From Balanoglossus misakiensis (lineage: Eukaryota > Animalia > Hemichordata), in assembly GCA_040954595.2 (NCBI GenBank), contig CM082584.2, forward strand, positions 8,141,919 through 8,205,918: DNA of 64,000 bases, written 5' to 3'. The notes beneath the pieces are model-generated. The model had not been told where the DNA came from. It did no database searches and worked only from the letters and a program-made list of their open reading frames with translations. How positions within the stretch are numbered: the stretch's first letter is position 1; every line of letters begins with the position of its first letter. Shown here one piece after another: positions 29,201 to 43,200 of this stretch. The position numbers were made by a program, and so were the translations under genes.

Positions 29201-31169
29201 TTCCCAGTGACAAGCCAATCAGAGCCAGCGGTGCAACAGGCGAGCCGTCATCAAAAAGTTTGACACACACAGGGTCTGTTCCCTGGCAACCTCTGGGTGC
29301 GTCCACGGTTACCCGTAACGTTGAACGCTATCGTTCTATCAACTTCCCCACCATGTCAATCGCTGAATGTCAGTATTTGTCAGTTCATGTACATCATACC
29401 ATTTTGCTAACCGTATCAACAGCACCAAAATCTCCATTGCTCTGATTTCTAGGAATATAAAATAGGGCATTTAATTTGTGTGCGTGAGTGAAAAAAGTGA
29501 AGACGGATATTAAATGAAGACAGTTATACTTTATGGCCTCAGATGTCGTGCTTGTCATGCAATATTAGTTCTTACAGCTCCCGTGTGCACAACCAGGAGC
29601 TGATGTTATACGGACGTTTGTCTGTCTGTCGGTCGGTATTTGTGTGATTATAACAGACAAACTGTTGATTTCATTGAAATTTTATGGATTGACAGTTAGT
29701 GTGTCGCTAACGGTGACCCAAGAGATTTCACTCTCGAGCGAAATGATGAAAATTGAAAGAAAGGAACCCAAAATATGCCTCGTGTGAATTTCTTTCTTCC
29801 CTCGACCTGTTTTCCGTCAAACCAATTACTTCCGATGTGTGGGAAGCTGTACAAGTTCTCCTGGCATTATTCTGTGAAAATGAAAAAAAAAATCTGTCAT
29901 CGGGTAAAACACTGATCTTGACTTTAGAGAAGACATATTTTATTCTGTGGTGTAGGAAATCTCTTTTGATGAGAGTGAATCGTTTTTTTTCACGACATAT
30001 GTGTCTCCACTTTCAAGGTCTGATGAGAATGAATTGTCTCGTTTTTGCTCTTTTTGACGTGCGCATCTTCCCTTCCAAGGCTGCGCAAGCCAATTCAGCG
30101 ATAGAGAGAAAGAAAACGGCAGTTAATGGAAGGAACAGGATTTGTGATTTTTCGTTGAAACGACCAGGCATTCGTGCCAGAAATTAGAAACCTCGGTTGT
30201 GTTTGGCGCATTTCGAAAGAATAAAAAAGAAATGTTTTAATTTTTAATCGTGCACACCTGTGGTTGTCGGTGTCTATGTGCAGTGAAGAGAATACAAATG
30301 GAATGGTCGCGTCTCCATCTGATGTTGTTTGTGAAAGGAACGAGGAGTTAATTCTTATAGATCGAGATACAAAACTGAAGCTGTTGAGAGAGAGAAAAAA
30401 AGTTTCTCACAAAAGATTGTAAAAAAAAACGTGAGAGTGGCGCAGGCAATAACGATGAAAGCTGACTCTGTGCTAGATACATATACGCCACCTTGGATAA
30501 TTCATGTGGGTGACCTGTTGCCATGGTTTCTGTGAAAAATAGCTTCGAGCACTGTTGGCATAAGAGAGGTGTATGTTTGTGTGTTGGTTGGTTGGTTGAA
30601 AAATTAATAGTCGACCCCCACTCGCGGAGGCAACAGTTGGTGTGCTGTGTTCAGATCTATTCGTCCGTTCTCGACGGTGGAGTCGAGTCGTGTCTGAAAA
30701 ATGGCAGGCAGGTACAATATGTATTTCGGGTACATCCTTCAGATTGTCATTCTGTCTTGTTCTCTGTATCTTTTCGCCGTTTCATTATGCGTATGTCATG
30801 TTTAGAAAATAAGAGCTCATCCAATTTCATTGCATCTCCGTCTAATTCATATTACTACTTTTTTTTTCACTTTGAGGTGTTTTTTATGTTGATGTGTTAA
30901 GCTAGTGCTATGAAAGATGTGTTTGCTGTTAGTACCTTTAAAAGCTACTGACGTATTCATTCTTACATCATGGCTGCATTTGAAGATGTTTTCGACTTTT
31001 ATGCGCATTGTTTGTTAATGCCGAGCGTTTTTCTCTTATTATTTTTATATCCAGATATCGCCAGCTTAACTCAAGATAGCACAAGTTGTCCGATGAAGCC
31101 TTAAATCCGAAGACTTGATTATTTTGTGCGGTGGTTTTTTTGCATTTAATTTTTTTTCTGGGAGAGAAA

Positions 31170-31269
31170 ATGTTTCGGTCGAGCCAAGGAACAAGGCCAG
31201 CAGCTGCCAGACTGAATTGTTTCCTGTTGTTGGCCTTGGTTACTACAGTACATGGATTATCCCTGCAGG
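31170..31269 (+). CDS. Receptor A exon 1: start codon and signal peptide (MFRSSQGTRPAAARLNCFLLLALVTTVHGLSLQ)
   Basis: ATG at 31170 in aaaATG context, basic n-region, hydrophobic core and VHG-LS cleavage-like site. Ends at a strong G|gtgagt donor in phase 1, matching the Ig exon. Likely acceptor for its UTR part at 31054. Confidence 0.75.
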
Positions 31270-34200
31270 GTGAGTGAAAATTTGATTTCTGCCCGTAGCT
31301 CGCTTTGTGCGCGGAAGTTGGAGATTTCAAGGATGGTGGAGTAGGAAAGGAAATATGTACAACTCACACTGTGTTAAATTAATCCTGTTAATGTTGTATG
31401 TCGACCAGATGCATGCATTGTTCCCTCTCCTTGCCAGCCAGCATCTGAAGTATCTTTTGACGTCATTCGAAGATTTCAGACTTCTCCTTTAAGTATTTTT
31501 TTTCCCACCGTGCGGAGATTATCCTTTTCCCATGGCTGAGTGGAGAACAGTGCTTCCATCGTAAAATTTTCCAAGCCATGAAAAATTGTTTCGCAATTTT
31601 TCTTTCTTAGATAAACCTTTTGCCCAAAACGGAGTGAGTTTACATAAATAGAAATGCAAAGTAACATTGTCGTAACATTCATTTTTCCGGCTATATTTTT
31701 TGCAAACTAGATAAATTTACACAATGTCATGTATGTCTGTTAGTCTACAGAATAGGTGTTCACCAATAGTTGAGAAAGAAGAAAATTTTTGTCTGAGATA
31801 ACTATTATTTGAAATTAGAAATGTTAGCAAATATGAGTAAATTTGATTCTCTCTTGATTTTATCCGGCACTCATTTACTGAACAGGAAATAATGATTCTG
31901 AGTGGCTGTATATTTCAAAGGCACGATCCAACGATGTGAAATTGGACGATCTGGTGTTTGAGTTTGTTTCAGCAAATGAACAACTTTTTGCCAGTAAAAA
32001 AACAGCAAAGGGTTGTCAGGAATAATTTTCTCAAGTGGCACTCATAGCCAAAGGTTTTCGACCTTGAAAATTGATGAATTGGCTATACATGTATGAGCTG
32101 AAAAGATCACTGACAATCACTGGTGTACCTCATCAGTGCATGAAATCATTCGCACTAATGAGCTATATTCAACAGGAGACGAGATCAAGTTTCAGAATTT
32201 TGGGCGAGCAGTCACGGCGCATACTTTTGAAATTAATTCGTGCAGCCATACATTTCGCATGGAATGGTTAATGGGCCCATGAAAAATTATGGGAATTATC
32301 TCCCATGTAAGAGTTTAATAATTTCGGATGGGGTCGGGGCGAGTGTATACACGGATAGAAAATGACTGTACCAGCGTGATATAAATCTGTGTTGCGTGGT
32401 TCATTAGGTCTGTTTATGCAACAACACATTTACCGTGGACAATTATACTGTACTCCCCAATTGAAAGTGTAAGCTTATGATTTCCTGGGGCTTTCCTCAA
32501 TTTTTACTGAAAATGTTCCTTGGTGTTTTTTGATGTTAATATAGCCAAAAAAAATAATGTTTCTTCTGCTATACCTGAATTGACTGACATGAAGACTGAG
32601 GAAGAGATAAAAAGCAAGAATCGCAACCCACGGAAGTTTCCTCTCCTTTATTCAAGATGAAAGTCATATATGTAAGACGTGCGTGTTGTGTAAAGCTGAA
32701 TAGTTCAAATGATTTCATCATCCATAAAGGTTTTGTTTTCGTTAAAACATTGCCCCCGAATCTCAACAGCTGCTCAGAAAACCTCCATTGTGCATAGAAA
32801 TACCAAACATGAAATGTTCTTATTCTTGTGTTGTTTTATCCGCACTTTCTGAATTCTATGGCCACCATTATCAAAGATTGATTTCTTTTCACTCACTTGG
32901 CAATGGCCTCTTTTGATATCACTCTATTGCAGCATGTTGCTTGGGTATCATTATTGATTTCTGATTTCTATGCCCATTGCGCTGAAATCCATTTTTTCGT
33001 GGAAGTTTGAATGAGACTTTTTCAAGTTCTACAGTTCAATCTTATCTTCCTTGAAGTTTTACAAGCCAGAAACTTGATAATGATCGCGCAGGTGCGAGGT
33101 ACATTTTGTATATTGTATTATACAAATAAATTTCAGGTAAATGTATGTGTATAGTTGTATTGTACATTGAAGTCAAAGTCAAAAAAGAAATTGATAAAAA
33201 GAAATAAGTAGAAGTGTTTCCAGGGTGAGACAAGTTTACAAAAACATTTCAGTTAGCACTGCGATGCTATATGTGTCATTTAGCGTTTTGTGGAAAAACT
33301 GGAAATAAAAGTGGACTTTTTGTTCCTTACAGCACCGTCAAGACTGGTTGCGGAAAGTGGCACCAGGGTGACTATACTGTGCGAGATAAAACACAGGGTG
33401 AATGACTCCCTCTCGCCCGAGCACACGGCCAGCGACCTGCTCTGGTATCGCTCTGGCTCTCGGTTGCCACCTGACGTCTACACCGCGGCCAACGACACGA
33501 CGTCGGAACTCTCGCTCGACAGCGCGGACGTCGAAGATAGCGGCAATTACTCCTGCGTGCTGAGGGGCTCGCTGGAGGAGAATGTCGCCGTGGCAACCAC
33601 TGTCCTGCAGGTCGGAAGTAAGTGTTCAGTGAGTCTCTTGTGGGTGAGATATAACAGAAACGCACGATACTTGTATGAGGTCTTAAGGGTATCAGTTGAA
33701 GGTTCACTATCTGACATTTTCGACTATTTTTAAAGTATTTTTCTGTGTATCAACCTAAGTTTCTTGTATGGCTCTGTGGGACAGGGTTATACTGTTAATC
33801 TAGAGTGGAGTCTGCCCACTTGATTTATAGACTGACTGGCCCCTGCACATTTCAAACCCTACAGATTATTTCATCTTGTCAGAAAATGACAAGAATGTCT
33901 ACGACTCACAGACAGGAAATTTGTCTCCTTCGTATACCGGTACTTCTTTGTCTTCATACCGCACCTAATGTTGCAAATACTATTTTATGGATTCACAAAA
34001 CTGAGATGCAAAATGTATCAAGCAAGATGTACTGTACATGTGGTCTTTGAAGCCAGCGTGTATAATCTTCATAGAGGGGGGAGAGGGGGAGGGAGGATGA
34101 GGGAGAGAGAGAGTGTGTGTGTGTGTATGTGTGTGTCATAGTTTCTTGGAATATAGTGAGTTATAATAATTGTTTTAGTGTGCCCATCATTTCTATCTCC

Positions 34201-37200
34201 ACTGAGTGAAAAGAGGAAATGAAAGAAAATTTGTATTAGGAAATATGCTACATACATACGTGTATATGAGCATTGATGAGAAATTCTGGATAAGAGGCAA
34301 GCTAATGAAACTGGAAAAATCAGCAATGTTGGCTCTAAGTGCACGTTAAAGCAAGCATAAGTCACAAAACAGCCTCTAACTAACAGCAGACTTCACTGAC
34401 TTGAATGTGTAATTTTTTCCCTGTTTCAGCAAATCCTGACTTTGCTAACTTCTCCTGTGTCTGTTACAATATGGGAGACATGTGGTGTACGTGGAATCCG
34501 GTCGACAGCTATTTGCCGACGACCTACGAATTCACCTGGAGACTGCAGTAAGTGCTCTGTCAGTTGTCCATCAGGAAATGAGTCTAATTTCCAGTACAAC
34601 TTTCTTGTTGGTAGTGGCGCCTGACTTCTTAGAGTGAGACGAACGTTGCGTGCACGCCAAGCTAATATTGTGCGACTAAGATTTAGTATTAACCTAGGAA
34701 TCATACAATTGACATTATTATTTTTTTACAAAAATTCCCAACAAGCTCAGTGGCTTTACCAAGAAATTAGATGATTTAAAATAACTTCAGGGATGTAGAC
34801 TGTAGAATTAAATTTGCTTCCCGCAAAGAAAAATATTGAAAATTGTGGTCTGTAATATTCCAAATTGTGATCTTTTTAAGCATACCGGTATATTCCTCAC
34901 AACTTGTGCTCAGGGCAGTTTACATTTTTCTGGTAATCCTCATCACTCAACCTCGGTTGATAGAATTCAAGTTCCCCCGAGGGAATAGTCTGATATAACT
35001 TCTGTGGCTCACCTATACATCCATCAGTGAATGAGGGTTAAATATACATGTACATCGTGGCCCATCACTGTAGGGCATCACTAGAGCTAAACACACACAT
35101 CAGCGATCACTGTCATGCCGGGTACCGGCATGCCATTGGAAGACGACGTAGAAACTGGAAAATAACGTGTGTAGCTGACAGTCAGCAGAAACAGCCGAAA
35201 CGTTTCCAAGGCGACGGTATTTCTGAAAATTTGTGTTCAATTAAAAAATTGAACTGAAAGTGAAGGGGTCGTCGCGCCACGTTTGCTTGTTTATAAACAT
35301 TACAGTTCATCCACAAATCACTGAAATCAGATAATTCTTAGAATGAACAAAGCAGCCGACTGTAGTGTCGACTAGGCATGACAGCAACTGAAGATCCTAG
35401 TTGGTCGTGGCGACTGCAGTGGGGGGTTGCGCTGGTATGGGAGGATTATTCTCATCAAGGGGGACACACCCACCTGGCCTTCCCTTTAAAGCCAAATTTC
35501 TTCATTTCTCTCTCTCTCAACAGTTATGACTCACAATGGAGTGCCTGTCCGGACAAGGAGGAGAAAGGCCCCAACTCCTGTTTCTTTGATTTCTACGAAA
35601 ACCTGGGCTCGTTGCACCGGATGAGGGTGGTGGCCACCAACGCCCTGGGACAGAGCCGCCAAGAAATCTGGTTCAATCCGGATACACAAAGTAAGCACTG
35701 GTTGGTTGGCATCTTTCGATCTGTCCTCGGGAAGGTAGATCACAAGGGTCAGGGAGAATAGGCAGAGTAAAATTGTGCCACCCTAGGATTATGGGAATTT
35801 TGGGATGACGGCTCGCTTATTCTGAGCTCTGACTCCCTTTGCTCGACAAATTGGCACCATTAAGTGTCCTAATAGATACTCATGTATCACTTAAGACATG
35901 TTCCTTAAACCCTAAATTGACTTGTAAAGCAGATAACCGTAATCCTTGACGCAAAGGTTTGTAAGACTTGACCGTCTGTTCGAATTTCTCAAAAGTACTC
36001 TTAATGGCCCTTGTGCTTGAGGCACACCAGGGGGCCAGTGTTTTCTCCATCCAGCCATCCATACATGTACATACATTTGCAAACAAGGAATATTTGAATC
36101 AGATCAACTCTACAAACACCATCCACAGTGTTGTTTCTTGCCTGCATGTTGACCATACGTCTGCTTCTTCAATGGGAAGAATCTGAGGAGTTATAGTGCG
36201 CCATGGAGTATAGAAGTGTTATTATTTTAGCATAAAAACCGAACGCTGATGACATCACTGTTTCCAAAGGGACTCATTATCATCAGGAAGCTGTGATGTC
36301 TGGAGTGGCTTCAACAGAAAGCTCAACGAGACATACATGTATGATGCAGGATTCTCTTGAGAGTCACTAACATGCAACCACTGTCCTTGGATGATTGCCA
36401 TAGTTACGTCAGCTAGGCAATCAGTCATGTGTCATTCGTATCATGTGATATACATGCATAAACTGAAATGCCAGATACTAGTACGTATCACACCATTTCA
36501 CCAAGTTTATGCATTTTCCCTCTTCAAGATTTATCTTAATAATTTACTGATTCTGGCTACGTGGGTCTCGCAGAGTTTGGGAAATGGTCTTTTTAGGGTG
36601 TCGATCATTTTTCACTCCATGCACCGGTGATTTTCCATGTTTGGACCAAAATTTCTCCGTGCATCATCGGGCTTAATAAACACCACTGAACGACCACTTG
36701 TGTACTAACAGCTGTGACAGCCATGTCATGTGGGAACAAAATAACATTTTACTTTTTTTTTTAAAATTGCTTACAGGTAAACTGTTAAATCTTCGTGATG
36801 ATACACAGTTTTTTCACCCAATTTTACACCATTCTTTGCCAATTTGTTCGTTTTTGCCAGCAATACCGTATCCGCCAGAAAAAATTCGGGTCAATCCCAA
36901 AAGTGCGTACGCCATCCAAGTGAAATGGGACCCGCCGACCGACTGGTACGCCACCATCTTTTTCCTTCAGTATAAGCTGGAGTACCGCAGCGAGTGGGAG
37001 CCGGGAAAATGGTCCAAGGTACAGATCACGCATTTGCTTTTTCTTTAAATTCACCGTTGTATGTAGTCATGTGTTTTGTGTCGATCCTCTTTTCAGCGGT
37101 ACCCTTTCCGCCCGAAAACGTGACCGTCGCGCCCCTCGGGGCTTACTCCGTCTTGGCGACGTGGCAACCACCCGGCGATTGGTTCTCGTCGTACTTTCGA

Positions 37201-40200
37201 CTTCAGTATAAAATAGAGTATTGTAGTGAATGGGAGTCGGACTGGGTTGAGGTATCTGAGCTTTTTTTCTCGTGTGTGGGTGTGTTAGGCGTTTTTTGAA
37301 TGCACGGTGGAAGTCAGATATGCAGTTTGGGATGTTTTGTTTTAACACCATGGTGAATTAAACTGATATTAGTGAGTGTTTGTGTGAGCTAATTCCAGTT
37401 GCTTGTTGTTGTCATGGCAACAGCACAGTCCTTCGTCATCTCCATGACAGTAGTGGACAAACATTCGGTGATATTTTGGATTTTGTTGCGTTCGAAAACA
37501 CCGGACTGTTAGAATAAAAAAAAACACTCAGTCTGAGAAATTTGTGTAAATACTTGCATAGAGTGAAACATTACCATTACAATGTGAAATGAAATCTGAA
37601 AATGAAAGTTTTCTCTCTCAACATTCAAGAGTCCAATTCACGTTTGACATTCAATGTCATGTGAACTAAATTTGGCGTAGCTGGACACTTAAACATAATC
37701 GCTGTATTTTGAACGTGAACACTTACTAATGTCAGTATCCCGTGTGACCCTAACTAATGACCAGTTTGATAGTTGACTGTCGCTAAAAATTGGCTGTGTT
37801 GCTGCTGCTCACACGTCATACATGTAGTATCTGCATTGTGTAGTTGCTTGATTTTGTAGGGCGTCCGTCGTTACTCACAATTCAAAACTCCTGTTATCCT
37901 ATTAAGTCCAATTTGCATTTGAGCGTAGTGATGTTTTCTCCAGTTCCCTGATGATAATAACAGCTTTTTTTTTTCTTGTTTGTGTGTTGAGGGCCATCGT
38001 CCCTGCATGTTTTTTTCATGACACTGGCACTAATTCCCAGTTGCCAGTGACGTATTCAGAGTGGTCACCATGGTAACCAAAGACTAAGTGTGCGAAAACT
38101 CGAACAATGTCATGAATATTTGACGCCAATGGCATGTGCGACAGAGGAATTGGTTTCTGTGCGTGACGTATGCCGTGTTTGCATGCATTTTATTTTGCAA
38201 AGGAGTTTACGATTATCGTCAGAGTGATGAGACAGGGAAAACGTTTTCATGAAATGCTCAAAATTTTGATAGTTTCGAAAATGTTCTCTGAAATTTATTG
38301 GTTGCAGAAACTGAAATTGAGCTGTATTGAAGGTAAAGTTGTTAATTCCCCACTTTTTTTTTTTTTTTTTTTTTGCTGACGGCACGACAGCTTTGATTTT
38401 GACATTTTTGAGAGTGGAGGTTACCCACGCTCACTGCCCCCGCGGGTGACTCTACACAACTGTCTAATCTGCGGCCATGAACTCTGGATAGTCCAACATA
38501 TGTCCTAGTTCATCAGAAATGCATTTGTATTTCTGGTGTTGGTGATTCCATCCTTGATATTTAAGTTGGAGACATTGCTGTCCAAGTCTGAATCTGATTC
38601 CGCTCACTGCTGCTGAATCAGAAAATTACATTGTGTAATCTGTACCATGTTTTGTGAAAATGTGTAATCCTAATTTCATAAATCCAGGAAACATTTCTGG
38701 GTCACCCCTTGATCATTTACTTTTGCTGTGGAAAGATATGACAGTTATTACCATAATTCAATGCTCCAAAAAATAATTAGATATAATCTCAAAATCAGTT
38801 GATAATGTGAATGTCGCATCAAACGATGCATTATCCTCTGGCACGTTTCTGTTTTCTCACTAATCACATTTTTTTACCCCATGTACCGGTACACTCCTCC
38901 CAATTAAACCTTAGTTTAGTTTATTTGCCCGGCTGCATGTTGTTTTTGTGGTGTGTGTTAATTTTATAAACTACAATTGTGTACTCCCAATTCTCACTAC
39001 CTTAAATAGGTTTTTACTACTTAGGTGAGTGATGAAAATCTCGTATGGTTGACACAATATCAAGATGGCAAATTTTTGCAATTCTGAAGCTTTGCAGCTG
39101 AAAAAATTATATAACCAAATTGAATGAGTTCCATATTCTAACTACAAAGAGAAATTAGTGACCAAAGGAATTCAGTTAACATATCATTTCTTCGAAATCT
39201 TACTTCAGTGAGTTGTCAACCTTTTTACCCACAATGCAATGTGATCTGACCCCCTAAGTAAAAACCTCTCTATGGTAACAGGAATTGATTTCACTTCTGC
39301 ATGTATTTGTTATTTTCATAGACATTTTGTGACAAAATATTTATCTTAAGCATGTGTGTGCCCCATTGTTTATTTTTTTTACAAACCTGACTCCTTTGCC
39401 TCTGTCTCATTCTCTAATTGCTTTTTCATTCTGCATTTTGCTTCTTCCATGCTCTCAGATACATACATATGACTTTCATAATTTTGCCATTTTGAAACAA
39501 TGCTGTTATGCTGAGGTTTTTGCTTTACTTTGCATAGTTACCCTCTGTGTCAGCTGTATTGTCTCTATGTTTTTGAATCAGGATCATCTGAAATGTCCTT
39601 GTTATTTAAGTTGGGCCATCTTCTATGTGGAGAATGAAAATGGGTGATAAAAATCTATAATGTCCTCTGACCTCTTGGGGTCGTTCATGCTGTCTGGTGC
39701 TATGTTTGTCATTGTTTTCATGTCCACAATATTTTGCCTTAGTTGTTTTGCCTGTAGGAACATGTCTCGCTGCTTCTTTATCATGTTTAGTTTCTGTTTG
39801 TACCGGGTAATGTGTACAGTCATGTACCTTTAGGAAGACACACGATCATGTCATTGGTCTTTCTGGTTTGCCGATACATACAAATGGGAAACGTTTGATT
39901 GTCATTCATCTTCTGTATATCTTTTCTTGAATTTTAATGGCCGAACCCGGTTCATTTTACCTCTCAATACTAGCATTATCTCCACACAATTTACCCCTGT
40001 TCATACTGAAGTGGCTATCTGTGGATAGCAGGCAAAGTTGGCTATTTGAAAATCAACACTTCCCAATTTCAAAGCCAGATGCTTATACATGAAAATCGCT
40101 CTAGTCTCACACTTTCTTCACCACTTTTTTCTTCTCTCCATTGTCCCCCCTCTTCCTCCTCTGACACTCGCTATCTGCTGCTGGGCTCGCAGGAAATCGC

Positions 40201-43200
40201 CAACATCAAAAAACAGACGTCCTACACCATCAGCGGGTTGCACCCGTTCACTCGCTACACTGTGCGCATCGCTGCTATGCCGGCTGCTAGCCACGGAGAC
40301 TATTGGAGCGTCTGGGCTGCAGCCAGCGGACACACCCTGGAGTCAGGTACAGAAATGCCATATACGCTCATATATCCCACCGGCCCCTTAAAAAAACGTT
40401 TCCATTTTTTTTTCTTTCTTTTATTTCATTTCTGCATGATGTTCAGCTTCGTATTGATAAACAGCAACATTATCGTGTAATCGGACTCGAACCGTACACC
40501 GTGTACTTTGTCCGGGTGTCTTGTAAACCCACCGGCACGGACGGCTACTGGAGTGATTGGTCAGATGTCGTTTCGGGGAGAACTAAAGCCAAAGGTATCT
40601 GGGGATGAAAAAGTGTGATGTTTTGCGCACAGGTTTTTTTTTAGAAATTCTCTCTCTGTCTCCCTCTGGTACCAACGGGGAGAATGACTAACCCCACACT
40701 GGATATAGTAGTCGTTCTCTCAATTTAGTGTGTTAGGACAGTGAATTGAGTCGAATGACAAATTTCAGTTGTTCAGCTTATATCACTGTCTACGATTGCT
40801 TGACTGTAGACTAGACAAGCACAGTTGTGTGATTTCAGTGAGATGCTTGTTTGAAAAACTGGGATGGGTAGGTCTTGGATGGTCAAATTGTAGGCATCCA
40901 AATATTCATTTAAGGCAGTGAGTGAGTGATTTCATTGTGTTATCAATTGGTCCAGGGGCATCATACGGTTTACATCAAACTCTGTAGACCTCAGAGGATT
41001 TCGTTTGGTTGTAGCTCGACTCAGTCATAAAACGCAACATTTTACAGTTTTAATATCACATTTATGGATATTTTTTTTCACTCTAGCTCCTGATGAAGGT
41101 GTACGGCTGTTTATCAGTGGAGAGATCATGAAACTACCATCAAGGGATGTGACAATATCATGGATGGTAGGTTGTTAGAATGGCTCACTGTGTTTGTGTG
41201 TGCCTGTATGTGTGTGTGCACACGTGTATTTGTGTGAATTTCTCTACATGCAACAGAAATAAATATTTCACTGTTTTGAAGAATACAGTGCATGAAAATG
41301 TAATTTTCGAAAAAAAACTCATGGATATTAATGTGTGTAATGTACGGTATAATTCTGTCCATATTTCAGCTACCAGAGAGGAGGCAAAGGAATGGAATTA
41401 TCCAAGGTTTCAATATTTCGTGGATCGAAGAAGGAAATCCTACAAATATTCAATCTATCAATATCCCAGACGGAAATCAATCGTTGTTCACAATGAAAGG
41501 TAATACCAATTGCTAGTTATTAATTGCGAGCATTGAAAGACAAGCTGAATGTAATTAAACAACTTGCATTTGTTTAATTCTCTCATTGCAAATGTTCCAT
41601 CAGTTTGATTTTCATAATGTTGTAAAAAGCCACCACCATTTTGGACGTGTGGTCCTCTTGCCATCGTACATGTACGTGAATGTGGTTCAAAGTTTCTTTC
41701 GCAAGGAATTGTGATATCATTTGACATTATTAATAATATACTGATAATTAAATATCTGATCACCTGCAGATCTGGATCTGTTCAGATCCTACCATGTCAC
41801 CGTGACTGCATATAACAGCGTTGGATCATCGCCAGTGTCTGTGATTCGTATTGTGGATAAGACCACAGGTGAGTTTGATCGTCGGAGAAAACTATCGTAT
41901 CACCCATCCAAAACCACGACTCCTTACTCCTTTTTTTTATCCGGTGTCTATCATTCTGTCACTGTCTCTCATGTCCTCTTTCCTGTATTGTCGCAGCACC
42001 CGGAGAACCACGGATCACGGAAGTGAAAGCCATCTCCAACAGCAGCATCGCGGTCACCTGGGAGGCACCTCAGAATCCCAACGGTGTCATCATGAACTAC
42101 GTGCTGGCGTACGTTGACAGTGATGGCAGCAGCAGCAGAAGCGGCAGACAGTGGTAGGTCACATTACAGTTGTGTCTCTCAGATTTTGTTGGCCGGCTGT
42201 GAACTTGTCTTGTGCGTGAAACCATGAACGCCATTTCACAAACTCTCTCTCTTAAATGGACGACAAAGTCCTTAACTTTTGACATTATTTTGGTTTAATA
42301 TTACATGTCTTTTGGTGGGCTGTTTAATATGCAGTGAGCATCTGTTAAAAACTCAACTCACACTCTGTACTGTACTGTACATGAGTGTTGACCAAAAATT
42401 GAATGTTGGAAGTATTTACGTGTCAGTGGGTCATTTTGCCTGCTTTAGTGAGTATATGACAACATAAGGTAAAACCAGATTGCAGATTGTGTCTTTCAAT
42501 ACATACTGTAACTTGAGATGACAGGTGTTTTTTATATAATACTCAAATACATACCATACTTTTGAATTTGAAAATCTTTTCTTTGTTTTGACGTCTGTTA
42601 ACATTTCTGATTGGTGCTCGTTCTGTGTTCCGCAGGAAGAGAGTTGAGTTTGACAACACAGTCAATCGCTATGTCGCCAAGGATCTACACGAGTATGTCC
42701 AGTACGAGTTCCGCATTCAAGCAAAGAATATTGTAGGATACGGTGGCTTCTCCAAAACGGTCACCGAATATACCATGGAAGGAGGTGATTATAATTATTG
42801 GGCTCAGTTTGAATTCAGTTGTATTTATAAGAGGTTTCTCTATGTTATTAGCCTTAAAAGGTTCTGGAATTTGAAACCAGCTCTATAGGGGAAAAAATTG
42901 AATTTCCTTCTAGAGTGTCCTGCAAATTTTACTGAATTTCTAGTACGTTATGAAATGTTCATTACCTGTGCAGTAATCATAAAATCTTGATTCTTGTGAA
43001 GAATTTTGACAAAGAGTTTCACCGTATAACTTTGGAAAAATCACTGAAAAATTGGCATCGTGGAATTGTGAATTATTTCATGCAAATGAACCCTAAAATA
43101 AGGCAGCTGGCCCCTCTGTTGTTGTGATTGGTTCATTATAGAAGGAGATAAAAGCTTCTTTGTATGTCGTTCTTCCAACAGTTCCCAGCAGTGCGCCCGT

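Noticed and set aside
300-30900. Many 60-145 aa ORFs in the upstream region
   Set aside because: No recognisable domains, coding-like composition or consistent exon chain; treated as non-coding, though small exons could be missed by eye.
36861-40594. Reading the duplicated exons as two tandem FN3 domains (LIFR-like second CHR)
   Set aside because: The exon order is N, N, C, C and the phases cause immediate stops if neighbours are joined.
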